From Octopus vulgaris (lineage: Eukaryota), in contig OX597817.1 of assembly GCA_951406725.2 (NCBI GenBank), positions 166,594,001 to 166,658,000 on the forward strand: 64,000 bases of DNA, written 5' to 3'. Below the pieces are notes generated by a model. It did not search any database. It was given only the letters and a program-made list of their open reading frames with translations, and was not told the DNA's origin. Position 1 is the first letter of the stretch, and the number at the start of each line of letters is the position of its first letter. Position numbers and translations under genes: made by a program. Shown here in pieces: positions 16,049 through 30,560 of the stretch.

Positions 16049-16635
16049 GACACATATGTATATATATATATATACATACATATATACATATATATACATA
16101 TGAATATGTATATGTTTATATATATTATTGTGAAATTTGTTGATTTTATTAAATTAACTATATTTCACCCTTTATCTGTATTGATTATTTTACTCCCCTA
16201 CGACAGAACTACGAATTCATTTTCGGCAGTATTATTTGTAACTCACGTGGAAAAAATTCTGGAGGGAAATACGAATTCACTTGTCTATATAAATGTAGGA
16301 TATGCTGATTAGCTTCTGTATGCCCCGATGTCGCCTGGTCGGAAATATGGAAGGTAAGATTTCCTAGCATTTCTAGATTTATATATCGGATTATTATGTT
16401 GATAAAGGAAATGAATCTTTGATTCTAATCCAGAAACGTATGCGTCCATAATTGACGGTGGACTGTTTGATTTCGTTATTTTTCTTCGTTTTTTTTTTGC
16501 CATAAAATGAGTTACAAATACTGTTTCTTTTTTGTAGTAAAAGAAATAACAGTCTTCTGGCTGCTATTTCTAATACTTTCGGTATGTGGTCTAGCAACTT
16601 GTTGCAAAGACCCTCATTGTTATAATTATATATAA

Positions 16636-16930
16636 ATAGCAGTATCGCCCGGCGTTGCTCGGGTTTGTAAGGGAAAAAAACTATATAAGCATTTTTAGAG
16701 AGTTACTTCCCTTATATAATAGCAAAAAATTGCATTAAAATGAGAAAAAATTATGATAAATTTTTTTTTAAATCGTAAACTCATCGTAGACGCGCGCTAA
16801 TACCCAGAAGGGCTCGATATGAATCACGACTATATACCCGCTTTTGGTTACACTGCACCGCAAAATGTGGGAGTAGTTACGAATCTAAATCGTAGGAGAC
16901 AGACACACAACTTCACTTTATATATAAAGA
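16636..16930 (-). mobile_element. Non-autonomous Helitron, family H1
   Basis: Minus strand has 5' TC and 3' hairpin CCCGAGCAACGCCGGG followed by a mutated CTAG. Homologous to 41553 and 58482. Confidence 0.82.
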
Positions 16931-17109
16931 TTTTACCGAATATGGTCCTTTTCCATACCGAAATACTACTTGGTGAAATTTGTTGATTTTATTAAATTAA
17001 TTATATTTCACCCTTTATCTGTATTGTTTATATATATATATATATATATATATTGCAATAATTAGTACTGCGATTATTTTATTAAATTTACCATTTGTTG
17101 TTTTTAGAA

Positions 17110-17168
<59 letters not shown>

Positions 17169-17284
17169 TGTTTTGACGTACGCGGATATACAAACTGTTC
17201 ATTACAATTCAATATAATGATGGCGCTTTCCTCTGCAATCACTCATCGTCTTTGCAGAAAAATATCAAGCCAGCAACGTAATTA

Positions 17285-17464
17285 TCTAGTATATTAATAC
17301 TCTAGTGTTTTTATTCCGTCACAATATATGAATGGAAAAAGAAGGGGTGATCGATGAGTAAAGAAAGAAGGGGTCATGGTAAACTTGGTGGTGGGATGAT
17401 GGAAGTTCTACGGTGAAAAAATATCAAACAGCGTTTCAGCTCTGCGTGAGTATATGTGTGTGAA

Positions 17465-17552
<88 letters not shown>

Positions 17553-17770
17553 CGCGCGCGCAATGGAAGTGGAATGATGAGCATTCAACGCTGAAAAGAA
17601 AGATTAAACAGCGTTTCAACTCTGAGTAAGTATATGTGTATATGCGTGTACGTGTCCAAGGGAAGTGTGTGAATGTTTGTATCTGTGATTATTCTGTACC
17701 TCATTTTGTACCTTATTTATATAAAAAATTCTACAATTAGCTGTCATTTTTAACGGCACGGGCCAGCTAG
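17285..17770 (+). mobile_element. Putative non-autonomous Helitron
   Basis: A|TCTAGTATATTAATAC ... GCACGGGCCAGCTAG|T, with an internal duplicated AAACAGCGTTTCA.CTCTG block. Confidence 0.55.
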
Positions 17771-18049
17771 TTCTTTAATATTATTTTTTTTAAATGCAGT
17801 GAAAAGTTATGCTTTCGCTGAAGTGTAATATTACCGAAGCATACCTGAAATCCGTAGCTTGGCACTACGTATTTGAGATAAATATTATAGGTACAGAAGT
17901 GCTGCAACGTGGGACTCTACAAGATGCGCGGAGAAGAAAGAAACTACACCACCATTGTTGAGTTGTGAAGTTATGTCGGATAGATGTTGTCTGTTGTTTG
18001 ACGAATCTGGCTATCGGTCATATGTGTCATGAAAATCATCTCATGCTTT

Positions 18050-18290
18050 AACTAGGCAAGGTATGCGGTGTTCCTGTGTTGTAGCTATGGCAGAAGAGGT
18101 TATTTGGTGGGCGTATCTGAAAGGATTGAGGACAGACACTTTCCACCTCAGTCAAGGTCCCATCGACTACTTCAAATCCCAATCTGAGCGGAAATTGAGG
18201 GTGGAGACAGAAATACTCTTCCGCCATCAAATTTGTCAAATGGCTTCAACTGCTCTAAGCTTTCGTTCACAGATTGGATAACAAGAGTTG
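18050..18290 (+). pseudogene. Tx1/L1-clade LINE ORF2 C-terminal fragment
   Basis: VVAMAEEVIWWAYLKGLRTDTF..DYFKSQ..RKLRVE aligns by eye with 29678-30050. Confidence 0.7.
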
Positions 18291-20108
18291 GTGGTGGATT
18301 TGTGTCCATCTTAGCCAAGTTGATCCCGAATCAGTGTTGTTTCCTTGATTGATCCTAGTTGGAGTCTTCTTGTATCAAAACTACACCAACCATTTATTTT
18401 CATATTTTGTATACTATGCTTAGTTTTATCTCATCACAACTTCCTTTCGCTTTCTTACACATATCTTATTATGTAACACGCCAATAAGTTGTTTCTGTAA
18501 TGTCCCTCTCATCAGCTATATCCTGTAGAAAATATAAGATTGTTATCATTATTTTTTTTTTTGTTTTTTGCTCTTGATATTATTCAGTGGTGACTTACAT
18601 GAGTATTGTTGAGTTCCTCCTTGAAGTGGAGGATTTTACAGCATACGACTGCATGGAATGGTGTTTTTTTGTTAACTTACGCGTAGACAGAAAACTTCAA
18701 AGAGTTCGGAAGGCTTACCCATGCAAGATTTAGATAAAAATACGGTTTGTTTTTTTAGACATATCTTGTCAAAACATTCTCTAAACATGGCGTCTGTTAC
18801 AACAAAAATGGAACGCCTCCAAAACAGCATACAAAAAGAAAAACCAAAACTTTCAACAAACGAACACTTGCGACAAAATAAATGGAAAAGCTATTTTATT
18901 GTCACAACGAAACGCAAAGCAAAATGTTGACATAAAGAAACAAATAAAAGCAAGTTAATAACAATCCCAACACGCATATACACACTCACATGCATGCACA
19001 CATATAAACACACACTCACACACACAAGATAGCAAGTGAAGACGCCGTTCTTTCGTGTGTTCCTTGCCTTTGTCTTCTCTCTAGACAATGCGGTCGGATA
19101 AACGTCAACTTTTCTCTTTTTATAGAGGATTAATGAAAGACATGAATGATGATGGTCTGATAATGATTCTGCGAGTCTACAAGGAGAATCTGATTGTCAT
19201 TTGTGAGATTACGGAAACACTTACAAAAGTGCTTGGTGTGACAGTGCTATACTCTTTCATTACTTCTAGAGAAACTCTACAATACAAGCATAGCTGTCTT
19301 GGGACCACCAAAGCCGAACCTATCCGAGATATGCGGACGTTGGCAAAACGTGTGTTACGTAGACTTCTGGAATCCATGTATTACTAATTGTGGTTTTATG
19401 TCGAAACAAATGTTATCATGTAGAAGATAGATCTATCTTTCAACCACTTCTGCTGCGAAGGTTGAGCCACCCTAAAAGTTGGTAGTATAGACAGTCTTTT
19501 GCTACTTAATGATTATGGTCAAAGAAACTGTGGTGAGAAAAGTTTTGAAAGCGATAAGGACACATTTTTTTCCTCTTTAGCCAATAAACCCTCATGAACT
19601 TCAAATGCAATTTTAAAAAGGTAAGGGTAAATTTCACTTTCATGAAATTTACTGCCGTACAATAATTTTTGTGGAGGTATACGAGAGTTGTAAAATTGAC
19701 CTGGTTAAATTGACCTACTCTGATTCTGTATCTGTTTGCTGTTGTCGAGAACCGAGTGAAGCTACACGTCTTAGGTACATCAGAGTTATCGTAACCCCAG
19801 TGTAGGGTGTGAAGTTGCAATACCATTTATGGATATTTTCTTGTTATTTACACTTTTATAGTGCCATTACAATTTATCATCATATATATATTAATAGATC
19901 TTTAATAATATGTATCTCCTCACTTTACACGATGGAAATCAACGCCGGCTGAAGTGCATGGCGGCATTTCGTCCGTCTTTACGTCGACTTAGCCGTCCAT
20001 CATTTCGGGGTTAATAAATTAAGCATCAGTGAAACACTGAGGTCGATGTAATCGGCTAATCTTCTCCAAAATGTCAGGTTTTGTGCTTTTAGTAGAAAGG
20101 ATGAAAGG

Positions 20109-20110
<2 letters not shown>

Positions 20111-20194
<84 letters not shown>

Positions 20195-20212
20195 TATTAT
20201 TATTATTATTAC

Positions 20213-20246
<34 letters not shown>

Positions 20247-20266
20247 ATTATTATTATTATTATTAC

Positions 20267-20314
<48 letters not shown>

Positions 20315-20397
20315 TATTATTATTATTATTATTATTATTGTTATTATTATTATTACTATTTATATTATTACTATTATTATTATTATTATTATTATTA

Positions 20398-20447
<50 letters not shown>
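20111..20447. repeat. (TTA)n microsatellite, the 3' flank or target of the Dong element
   Basis: Direct reading. Confidence 0.95.
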
Positions 20448-20450
<3 letters not shown>

Positions 20451-21558
20451 TAGTTTTATTTTTATAGCGTGCTTTCACTTCACTACCGAGCGCAGCTCTG
20501 TGTGCCTTAGGTATGTGCTGTGATTTGTTGTGATGATCTGATGGTTATTGTATGGAAATTGTTCTGCGTAGGATGTGTGCAGTGCCTAGTAGTGCAATTT
20601 TCTGTATGTTATATGTGTTTGTAAGTCCTGGTGTTTTTGTTATGTACCTGTCTGAATATTTTTTTATCATGCCTAATGCACCTACTATGATAGGAATTGT
20701 TTCTGTTTTTAGATTCCACATTCTGGTTACCTCTATTTCCAGGTCTTTGTATTTTGAAAGTTTCTCCATTTCTTTTAGAGACACGTTGTCATCTGCTAGT
20801 ATTGATACATCAATTAGAAAGCATTTTTTTTCTTCATGATCTCTGACAACTATATCTGGTCTGTTGGCCTTAATTTCTCTATCTGTGTGTATCGGCATAT
20901 CCCAGAGTATGGTTGCTTTCTCGTTTTCTGTGACCTTTTCTGGTGTGTGCCTATACCATCTTTTTTCTGTTGTTATTCCATAATGTTGGCATAGCTTCCA
21001 ATGTATGTAGGTTCCAACTCTGTCGTGTCTGTGAATATATTCCTTCTTAGCCAGGACTGGGCAGCCAGAGATAATATGATTTATTGTTTCGTATCCATCT
21101 CCACATATTCTGCAGTTACTTGTTATATTTCTTTTCATTACATGTTTTTGGTAATTTCTGGTGGGGAGGCTTTGGTCTTGTGCTGCAATTAAAAATCCCT
21201 CTGTCTCTGCTTTGAGTCCTGAGCTTCTCAACCATTGCTGGGATTTTTCTTTGTCTATTTCTTTTGCGTTTAGTTTAGTGCAGTATTTACCATGAAGGGG
21301 CTTTTCTTGCCATCGTTTTATCATGGCTCGTTGCTGTTCTGTTCTTAGTTTGGATTTCATTTGTTTTATAGCTTTTGTTGTTTCTTCATTTTCTTCTTCA
21401 TATTTATTAGGTGGTATGATTTCTAGTTTGTATTTGTCAGCTTTCTTTAATACTGAGAACAGTTTTTTGTTTTGCTCGTGTTTCGCCGCTATTTGTATGG
21501 GTTTTCCTTCCTTCTGAAGTAGATATTTTTGCAGTCCTATGGTGGCTATTTTATAGTA
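20447..21558 (-). mobile_element. 5'-truncated R4/Dong-clade non-LTR retrotransposon (zinc knuckle plus restriction-like endonuclease) in (TAA)n
   Basis: Uninterrupted frame KPLHGKY..WLRSSGLKAETEGFLIAAQDQ..CRICGDGYETINHIISGC..RHDRVG..RPDIVVRD..LIDVS..EKLSKYKDL..PIIVGALG. About 100-nt 3' UTR, with (TAA)n on both sides. Confidence 0.9.
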
Positions 21559-21580
21559 ATTATTATTATTATTACTATTA

Positions 21581-21621
<41 letters not shown>

Positions 21622-22312
21622 GATTTTTGCTATCATTTTCGTGCGTTTGTCATTCAATTTGATAATCGGGTCATTCAAAATTGTGAAAAAAAATTAGTGT
21701 CATGAGTTTAGTCATTCAAATTCGTTTGTCGATCAGTTAATTTCCCACTTCGATCAAAGAATTTAGCATTTACACCATCCAAATTAAAATGCCCCGTCGA
21801 GAGCATTCAAATTAGTCGGAATGCGTGGAAGCGTCTTTTTGAGCATTCAAATTCGTTTAGGAGCAATCTATTAATATTATTCACTTCGAGCAATCAAATT
21901 GTCATGATAACTGTTTTGGTTTTATCTCATGATCATTGTTACCACAATCATGTGTCTTAATCCATTATTTATGCTTTAAGCTTCCTATGATGTCCATGTA
22001 TTTTCTATGTGTTCTCTTATTTTTGCATAGGTACAAGTATTTATTGTTAAAGACTCCATGAAATCGCATTCCTGCTTCTTCAAATTTTTTTAAAGAGACT
22101 CACAATTACAACAAATACTCATTTTCTTTGATTTTTGAATACATTATGTTGTGATATGTTTTTCTCCCTTTGCATAATATGTCTTGTTGGGAAAAATATA
22201 TATTTCCTTTGATTTTTGCATTTTGTAATCCTAGTACTTATTCCATTGGTCACTTTTGCTGAACCGCTAAGTTACGGGGGCGTAAACAGACCAGCATCTG
22301 TTGTAGATAATG

Positions 22313-22364
<52 letters not shown>

Positions 22365-23105
22365 TGATGATGATGATGATGATGATGATAATTATTATTA
22401 TTATCATTATTATTATTATGATAATTATTATTATTATTATTACTATTATTATTATTATTATTATTATCATTATTATCATTACTATTATAAAAGAATCACA
22501 GCAACAATAATAACATTAATAGGTTAAGCAAAGTCAGAATAATACGTTTAGCACACACAAATTGAAGAAAAAAAGAACATGAATGTAACTCTTTTAGCAA
22601 ATGCTTTGTAGATGTAACCACCCGAAAAATTGAGGCCCAGCACACATGGGGTCGGCAAAAGACACCAGTCGGGTAGATTTTTTTCTATCTACCTTGCAAT
22701 TGAAAGCATGAAAGCACCACTCTACCAAACCCGACCACCGCTCCAACGTTTTCATTGTATTTACCCGTCCAACGGCTAATGAACTAACTGCCAGCACGTT
22801 ATCGCCCCCAGGGTAATACTGAGATGACTGTGGTGCGCTATTAAAAAGCATCCACCCCGTCTCTATCCGTTTAAAACCTCAGGGAAATCGGGCAAGATTG
22901 AAAAAGATCTTTGAAAACAATGCACATGAAAAAGGAACAGGAACACAATTACTTCCTCTGAGTATTCACATACACACATAAACATACATGATTGCACGTA
23001 TATATACACACAGATACACTTACAGATATACAAGTCAACACACATTAACATATTACATTTATACGTGCGTGTGTGTGTGTGTGTGTGTATGTATGTGCAT
23101 ACAGT

Positions 23106-23138
<33 letters not shown>

Positions 23139-23290
23139 CACATATATACGCATGTATACATACATATATGTATTTATGCATATATACATATATGGATATA
23201 TATATATATAAATATAAATATATATATATGTAGTATATATTTATAATACAATATATATAAATATCTATATTTCTTTCAATGTATGTATGC

Positions 23291-23356
<66 letters not shown>

Positions 23357-23465
23357 GGAGAAAGAGAGGAGATAGGACATAGAATAGATAGATTGAAATA
23401 TAGATACATACATAATTATATACTGTATTATCATAAGAGATAAACATACATAACTATACATATAC

Positions 23466-23512
<47 letters not shown>

Positions 23513-23530
23513 TGTATGCGTGTATATCTA

Positions 23531-23565
<35 letters not shown>

Positions 23566-23566
23566 G

Positions 23567-23622
<56 letters not shown>

Positions 23623-24314
23623 ATACGTATGTACGTATATATGTATATATATATATACCAGCAGACAAACATTTTGATACACACAGCACGTACAGATAGA
23701 TACTCTCAGAAGTATATATGCTCACGGAGATGCACGTATGAAAAGAAAAAATGCAAAAATGAAAATGCATACAGACGCGCTATTGTACACACCGAAGCGG
23801 AAATAAAGCCATAGATATCGTAATAACTGTACACCTCCTCACCATCTTATACACTCACAGACACAACAACAGCAACAATAACGACGGCAGCTACAATACA
23901 GTAACACCAACAGACATGTTCTTTGACTAACACAAGCGCTATCTTACAATAATGACGTTGTTAATTCTGCTCCTGCTGTTGTGCTTATAGTATTTAAGTA
24001 TTTTGTGTTGCTTTCCTGTGTGCGTGGGAGACACTGCATAGAGACAAAGTGCAATAGCAGATGTTCGATGTCGTTGTTTAGTGGTAAATAAACACAGATT
24101 CTCAGGAAATCGCTTATCTTAAGTAGAAGCTTACACTACTGTCCACAACTCCGGTCTCCCAGGAACATGGACATTATCCAGCGACTGGAGAAACTGACGA
24201 AGAAAAACGGTTTTCGCGAAGAAAATATTTCAAATTACATTCATGGATTTGGGCTATTTTTACTTGCAGTAGTTACATCTGAGATTCATGCAATGCTGAG
24301 CTGGTCGCCAATGT

Positions 24315-24363
24315 ATACATATATACATACATACATACATACATACATACATACATACATACA

Positions 24364-24397
<34 letters not shown>

Positions 24398-24813
24398 CGT
24401 ACATACATACACACACACATACATACATACACACATACATACATACATACATACATACATACATACATACACACATACACACACACACACATACATACAT
24501 ACATACACACATACACATACATACATACATACATACATACATACACACATACATACATACATACATACATACATACATACATACACACATACATACATAC
24601 ATACATACATACATACATACATACATACACACACACACATACATACATACATACATACATACATACATACACACATACATACACACACATACATACATAC
24701 ATACATACATACATACATACATACATACACACATACACATACATACATACATACACACATACATACACACACGCACGCACATACATACATACATACATAC
24801 ATACATACATACA

Positions 24814-24845
<32 letters not shown>
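24315..24845. repeat. (TACA)n microsatellite
   Basis: Direct reading. Confidence 0.95.
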
Positions 24846-24852
<7 letters not shown>

Positions 24853-25009
24853 AAAATAAGCAATAAGGATATCCAGAGGTAATGCAGTACGATCTTTTCA
24901 TGCGTTTCCTTGTTTCTTTGTTGCTTATTTTGATTATAATCACCTTATTTTAAATTATACGGATAATACCATACTAAATTCTGATGTCTTCAACTTAAGT
25001 ACCAGATTC

Positions 25010-25078
<69 letters not shown>

Positions 25079-25442
25079 TATATCATTGGATGCCAAGGAA
25101 ACAGAAATCAGGTCATCAACTCTATTACATTAAAGCTGTTTTTGTTGTAAGATCCAGTGGATTCCGAGCCGAGTGCTCGTGCAACATATGATAGCTTCGT
25201 CGGAGCCCTTAAAAGAAGGCGTATGTTTATTTCGAAAAACATTTAAATAGACGACGTGGATTATGTAATATTCGAGCCCTTGTCCTCCCCGAATAATACT
25301 ATGCTCTACACTCCCCTGATACTTTATTCTAAAGCATACACAGACATGCAGGAAGTAAATAGACACCTTTCATTTCCAAAATCTTTTATTTAATACGCAA
25401 AGCGAACAATTGAAATGTAATCGATAGGTAGGACTACATAGT

Positions 25443-26085
25443 TTAGTATTTACTTGACATTCCCTTTGCAGTTTTTAATTCAGAAACTCTTTTTGTCATT
25501 GAACTGATGAGCTCTGCGAGTGTCTCTTGTGGAATTTCTGACCAATTTTCGCGCAACAATCGAAACAATTAATCTTTAGATTTAGGTCTCTGTCGAGATT
25601 TTCGTATAGCTCTATCTAGTATTGCTCCAAAGATTTTTAAGTGGGTTCACGTCAAGAGATTAGCTCGGCCAAGGAAGCTTTTTAATCCCATTTTCAGTCA
25701 GCCATTGTTGATTCCTTTTCGGTCTGTGGCATGGAACCCATCTTCCATGAATAAAAACACGTTTTTTGTTATGTTATCGTATGAATACATCGGAAGTAGT
25801 CCTTGCTTAAGTATTTCGAAGTATTTTTCAGAGTTTATGGTTCCAACACATTCGATCAGCTCAGAACGACCATTGCTGGTGACAGCTGCCCCTACCATTA
25901 CATGGATACTGCCACGTTTCACAGTTGGTTGGAGTCGTTTCAAATCAAATTCTTAATTGGGAAGCCCCCAGACCCAAACACGTCCACTGTCTGAAAATAA
26001 TGCAAATCTGGATTCATCTGAGAAAATCACTCTATCCCAAAATGAACCGGATTTTCTTGACATCTCCTTAGACAATTTCTTTCTT
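25443..26085 (-). pseudogene. Degraded Tc1-like transposase, catalytic half
   Basis: FWDRVIFSDESRF, LQPTVKRGSIHVMV, INSEKYFEILKQGL, FMEDG and C-terminal WSEIPQETLAELISSMTKRV..KY*. Confidence 0.85.
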
Positions 26086-26273
26086 ATCATGACATTAATT
26101 GATTGAAGGGGAGGTTTTCTTCTAGCTGCTCGTCCTTAATACCCTTGAGTAGTAGAGGCCGGAACCGGACGTGGTTCCTCCTGGTGATGTCTTGAGCTAA
26201 CTGGATCCTATAAAGGAGCTGTTGTGGTAGCAGACCACGAAATATGGTTGAAATTCCATACGTACATACATAT

Positions 26274-26350
<77 letters not shown>

Positions 26351-26820
26351 CACACATACATATATATATGTATACAAGCATGCTCTCACACACATACGAA
26401 CACACACACACCAACACACATACACGCATACATATATAAATGCCGTAACAATGCACATGAAACAGTCACCTGACACATCGACTCCAGGGTTAGCCTCATT
26501 ATGAATATAAACAGGAATAGAATACAGTTGACATGAGCTGATATGCGAATCAGGTTATGAGAGACGTCGATTGCAAGCTGGAAGTGTTAATTTAGCCAAT
26601 TAGCGTGCGTCGAGTAATTCTTTCACATCGCTAATTAGTTAACGAAACACTACCAATCATCTGATTAGCAAGTATTTTTCTTTTTGCTTTGCATTCTTTT
26701 TTCTTTTTGGAAAACTGAAATATCGAAATATAAGGTAAAAAAGCAATCATTCGTTCATGTTTATTTATTTCGTTTCTGTTTTATACCTTACCTATAAGTT
26801 GAAATGATGTCGATTCTTCA

Positions 26821-26841
26821 TGATAGATAGATGGATGGATG

Positions 26842-26919
<78 letters not shown>

Positions 26920-26949
26920 CAGATAGATGAATAGATAGATAGATAGATT

Positions 26950-27016
<67 letters not shown>

Positions 27017-27028
27017 TGATAGATAGAG

Positions 27029-27107
<79 letters not shown>

Positions 27108-27129
27108 CAGATAGATGAATAGATAGATT

Positions 27130-27181
<52 letters not shown>

Positions 27182-27390
27182 TGTTTCTTTATTAGCCACA
27201 CAGGGCTGCACACAGATAGAACAAATTACAAGGTAGAGCTTTTCTTTTGAAGGTTTAAAAAAAAAAAAAAAAAAAAAAAAAAGGAAGGGGGAGTTTCGAT
27301 CAAAAGGGATCGTAAAAGGAGAGAAAGAGGACAAAAAAAGGGGGTTAAGAAAAAAGGGGGGAGAGAAATAGATAGATAGATAGATAGATA
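26821..27390 (-). mobile_element. (GATA)n array containing a LINE-like 3' end (27181-27368)
   Basis: Minus strand ends AAAAGCTCTACCTTGTAATTTGTTCTATCTGTGTGCAGCCCTGTGTGGCTAATAAAGAAAC then (TATC)n. A homologue lies at 44166-44463. Confidence 0.7.
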
Positions 27391-28047
27391 AAGCTATATA
27401 GACTTACATAAACACATGCGTAAATACTTTCACACACACATACATACAGTGAGAGAAGCTCGACAAATAGATATTTTCTCTTTATACACCAGTGCGTACA
27501 CGCACTGCTCCCTCTCTTCAATTATCACTCCATCCATCCCCCACGAATCCACCACCTTATCTACCTACAACCTACCTATCTTCCTACATACCTACCAACA
27601 AATCGGCCTACCTACCTATCTCCCTATCTGTCTCCCAACCAACCTAGAGCTACTTATCTGTACATCTATTTATCATTCTTTATCTCTTTATCTTATCACA
27701 ATTCATCTTTTGTTATCTAAGTGTTTACACAATCAACGTATATGTTTACCTTTTTCTACATATTCTACTGCTCCGCCCGACATCACATCATTAACACACT
27801 AACATCGGTTTTTACCGAGAAACATCGCTCTCTACGTCCTATGCTTAACTCTCAGTACCACTCCCATTACAAAACGCCGTCACGAGTTTCGCCACCGTCG
27901 TCAATAACAATAGCGACTACAACCAAAACAATACCAAGGAAAACGCGTCTGCAACAACAATTACACCGCTATCATCAATACCATTATCACCTCCATTACG
28001 ACAACAACAAAACAATAATAGTAACTAATTATTTCAAATTTTGATAA

Positions 28048-28136
<89 letters not shown>

Positions 28137-28153
28137 TAATAATGATAATAATG

Positions 28154-28455
<302 letters not shown>

Positions 28456-28459
28456 AAGA

Positions 28460-29400
28460 AGAAGAAGAAGAAACAACAAAAGCTATAAAACAAATGAAAT
28501 CCAAACTAAAACTAGAACAGCATAGAACCATGATAAAACGATGGCAAGAAAAGCCCCTTCATGGTAAATACTAGACTAAACTAAATGCAAAAAGAAATAG
28601 ACAAAGAAAAATCCCAGCAATGGTTGAGAATCTCAGGACTCAAAGCAGAGACAGAGGGATTTTTAATTGCAGCACAAGACCAAAGCCTACCCACCTGAAA
28701 TTACCAAAAACATGTAATGAAAAGAAATATAACAAGTAACTGCAGAATATGTGGAGATGGACACGAAACAATAAATCATATTATCTCTGGCTGCCCAGTC
28801 CTGGCTAAGAAGGAATATATTCACAGACACGACAGAGTTGGGACCTACATACACTGGAAGCTATGCCAACATTATGGAATAACAACAGAAAAAAGATGGT
28901 ATAAGCACACACCAGAAAAGGTCACAGAAAACGAGAAAGCAACCATACTCTAGGATATGCCAATACACACCGATAGAGAAATTAAGGCCAACAGGCCAGA
29001 TATAGTTGTCAGAGATAATGAGGGAAAAAATGCTTTCTAATTGATGTATCAATACCAGCAGATGACAACGTGTCTCTAAAAGAAATGGAGAAACTCTCAA
29101 AATACAAAGACCTAGAAATAGAGGTAACTCGAATGTGGAATCTAAAAACAGAAACAATTTCTATCATTGTAGGTGCATTAGGCATGATAAAAAAATATTC
29201 AGATAAATACATAACAAAAACACTAGGACATACAAACACATATAACATACAGAAAATTGCACTACTAGGCACTGCACACATCCTACGCAGAACACTTTCA
29301 ATACATTAACCATCAGAGCATCACAACAAATCACAGCACATACCCAAGGCACACAGAGCTGCGCTTGGTAGTGAAGTGAAAGCACGCTATAAAAAAAAAT
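28460..29400 (+). mobile_element. 5'-truncated R4/Dong-clade element, disrupted copy
   Basis: Same family as 20447-21558, with premature TAG/TGA codons and frameshifts. It ends in (TAA)n. Confidence 0.9.
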
Positions 29401-29419
29401 AATAATAATAACGATAAAT

Positions 29420-30052
29420 TCTTGTTTTATTGGCCACAAGGGCTAACATAAATCAACATGTAAGGACAAACACAGGACGAAAAGTACAAAGGCTTTTGCG
29501 AAAAAGAAATGACCGTGTAAACATTAGAAAAACAGCGAAAAATGTAACAATTAGAAAGAACTGCCAATAGGAGGAGGCACTTCGAAAGGTTACTCGTGGA
29601 AAAACCCATAAAGACCATGGGATCCTGGTCAAAAAGGGGTAGAGAGCCCCTTCTCCTTTTATATTATCTTTGTTTTTTTACAGGTGTAATCCCAGAATTG
29701 GTCCGTTCATACTGGCCATTTTACCGACATTCACCCACCTTTCAATAAATTTGCTACGAGACAGCACTTCTCTCTCTACTCTCATCTTCCTTTTCAACTG
29801 GAACTTGAAAATGTTGATGAGGCCTTGACCAAAGAGGAAAGTGTCTGACTTTAGCCTTTTCAAACGGGTCCACCATACCACCTCTTTTGCTACAGCCACT
29901 AGACAAAGGAAAATTGCCTTGCCCTCCCGGTTAAAGGTGGTCGGCGGGGCAATATTCACTATGGATTCAGCTGATAGCCGGATCCGTCCTATACGCGACA
30001 GTAGCTGTTCGACATAAACCCACCGGCCAGCAATACTCGGGCACTGGACGAT
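29420..30052 (-). mobile_element. Tx1/L1-clade LINE 3' fragment (ORF2 C-terminus plus 3' UTR)
   Basis: VQCPSIAGRW..LVAVAKEVVWWTR..FIERW, typical of the L1/Tx1 post-knuckle region. The 3' end is CCCTTGTGGCCAATAAAAC. Confidence 0.75.
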
Positions 30053-30109
30053 AATAATAATAACAACAAATAACGTCAACAACCTTAAGAGTAACAAAAG
30101 CATTGAAAC

Positions 30110-30560
30110 AACCTTTCTAGTAAAAGCACAAGACCTGAAATTGAATGGGAAGAACCAGTCGATTATATCGATTCCAGTGCGGAACTGGTATTTATTTAAT
30201 CAACTCCGAAATGATGGAAAGCAAAATCGACCACGGCGGAATTTGAACTCAGGACGTGAAGACGGGCGGAAGCCGCTAAGCATTTTGACCAGCGAGGTTA
30301 GGATTCTGCCGGCTCGCCGCCTTCGGTAATAATCTTTGGGGAAGAGAGGGTTGAGTCGATTACATCGACCCCAGTGTTCAACTAGTACTTATTAGTTATT
30401 TGATATCACACGACTCAAATATTTGACTAGTACTTTATTTTATCGACCCCGAACGAACGAAAAGTAAAATTGATCTTAGAGGGATTTGAACTCAGAAGAT
30501 AATGCGCCGATAGGAATATCGCTAAGCATTTTGTCCACAATTCTGCCAGCTCACTTCATT
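30110..30560 (-). mobile_element. Two diverged family B SINE copies in tandem
   Basis: GGATTTGAACTCAG and GCTAAGCATTTTG motifs occur twice. Confidence 0.7.

Noticed and set aside
18485-18520. Minus-strand CTGATGA...GAAAC
   Set aside because: Stem II does not close; this is probably chance or too decayed to call.
19088-19387. 99-aa ORF with a possible acceptor (TTTCTCTTTTTATAG) near 19125
   Set aside because: No recognisable domain and no partner exons; I cannot support it without RNA data.
21559-21678. N-terminus of the 377-aa ORF with poly-Asn
   Set aside because: Read-through from flanking DNA and (TAA)n into the truncated Dong ORF; not a real start.
21648-21902. CRISPR-like repeat-spacer pattern
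   Set aside because: The repeats are only about 12 nt, the spacers are irregular, there are no cas genes and the context is eukaryotic.
24120-24310. Possible LINE ORF1 start (MDIIQRLEKLTKKNGF)
   Set aside because: Too short to assign, and the ORF length comes from the adjacent (TACA)n.
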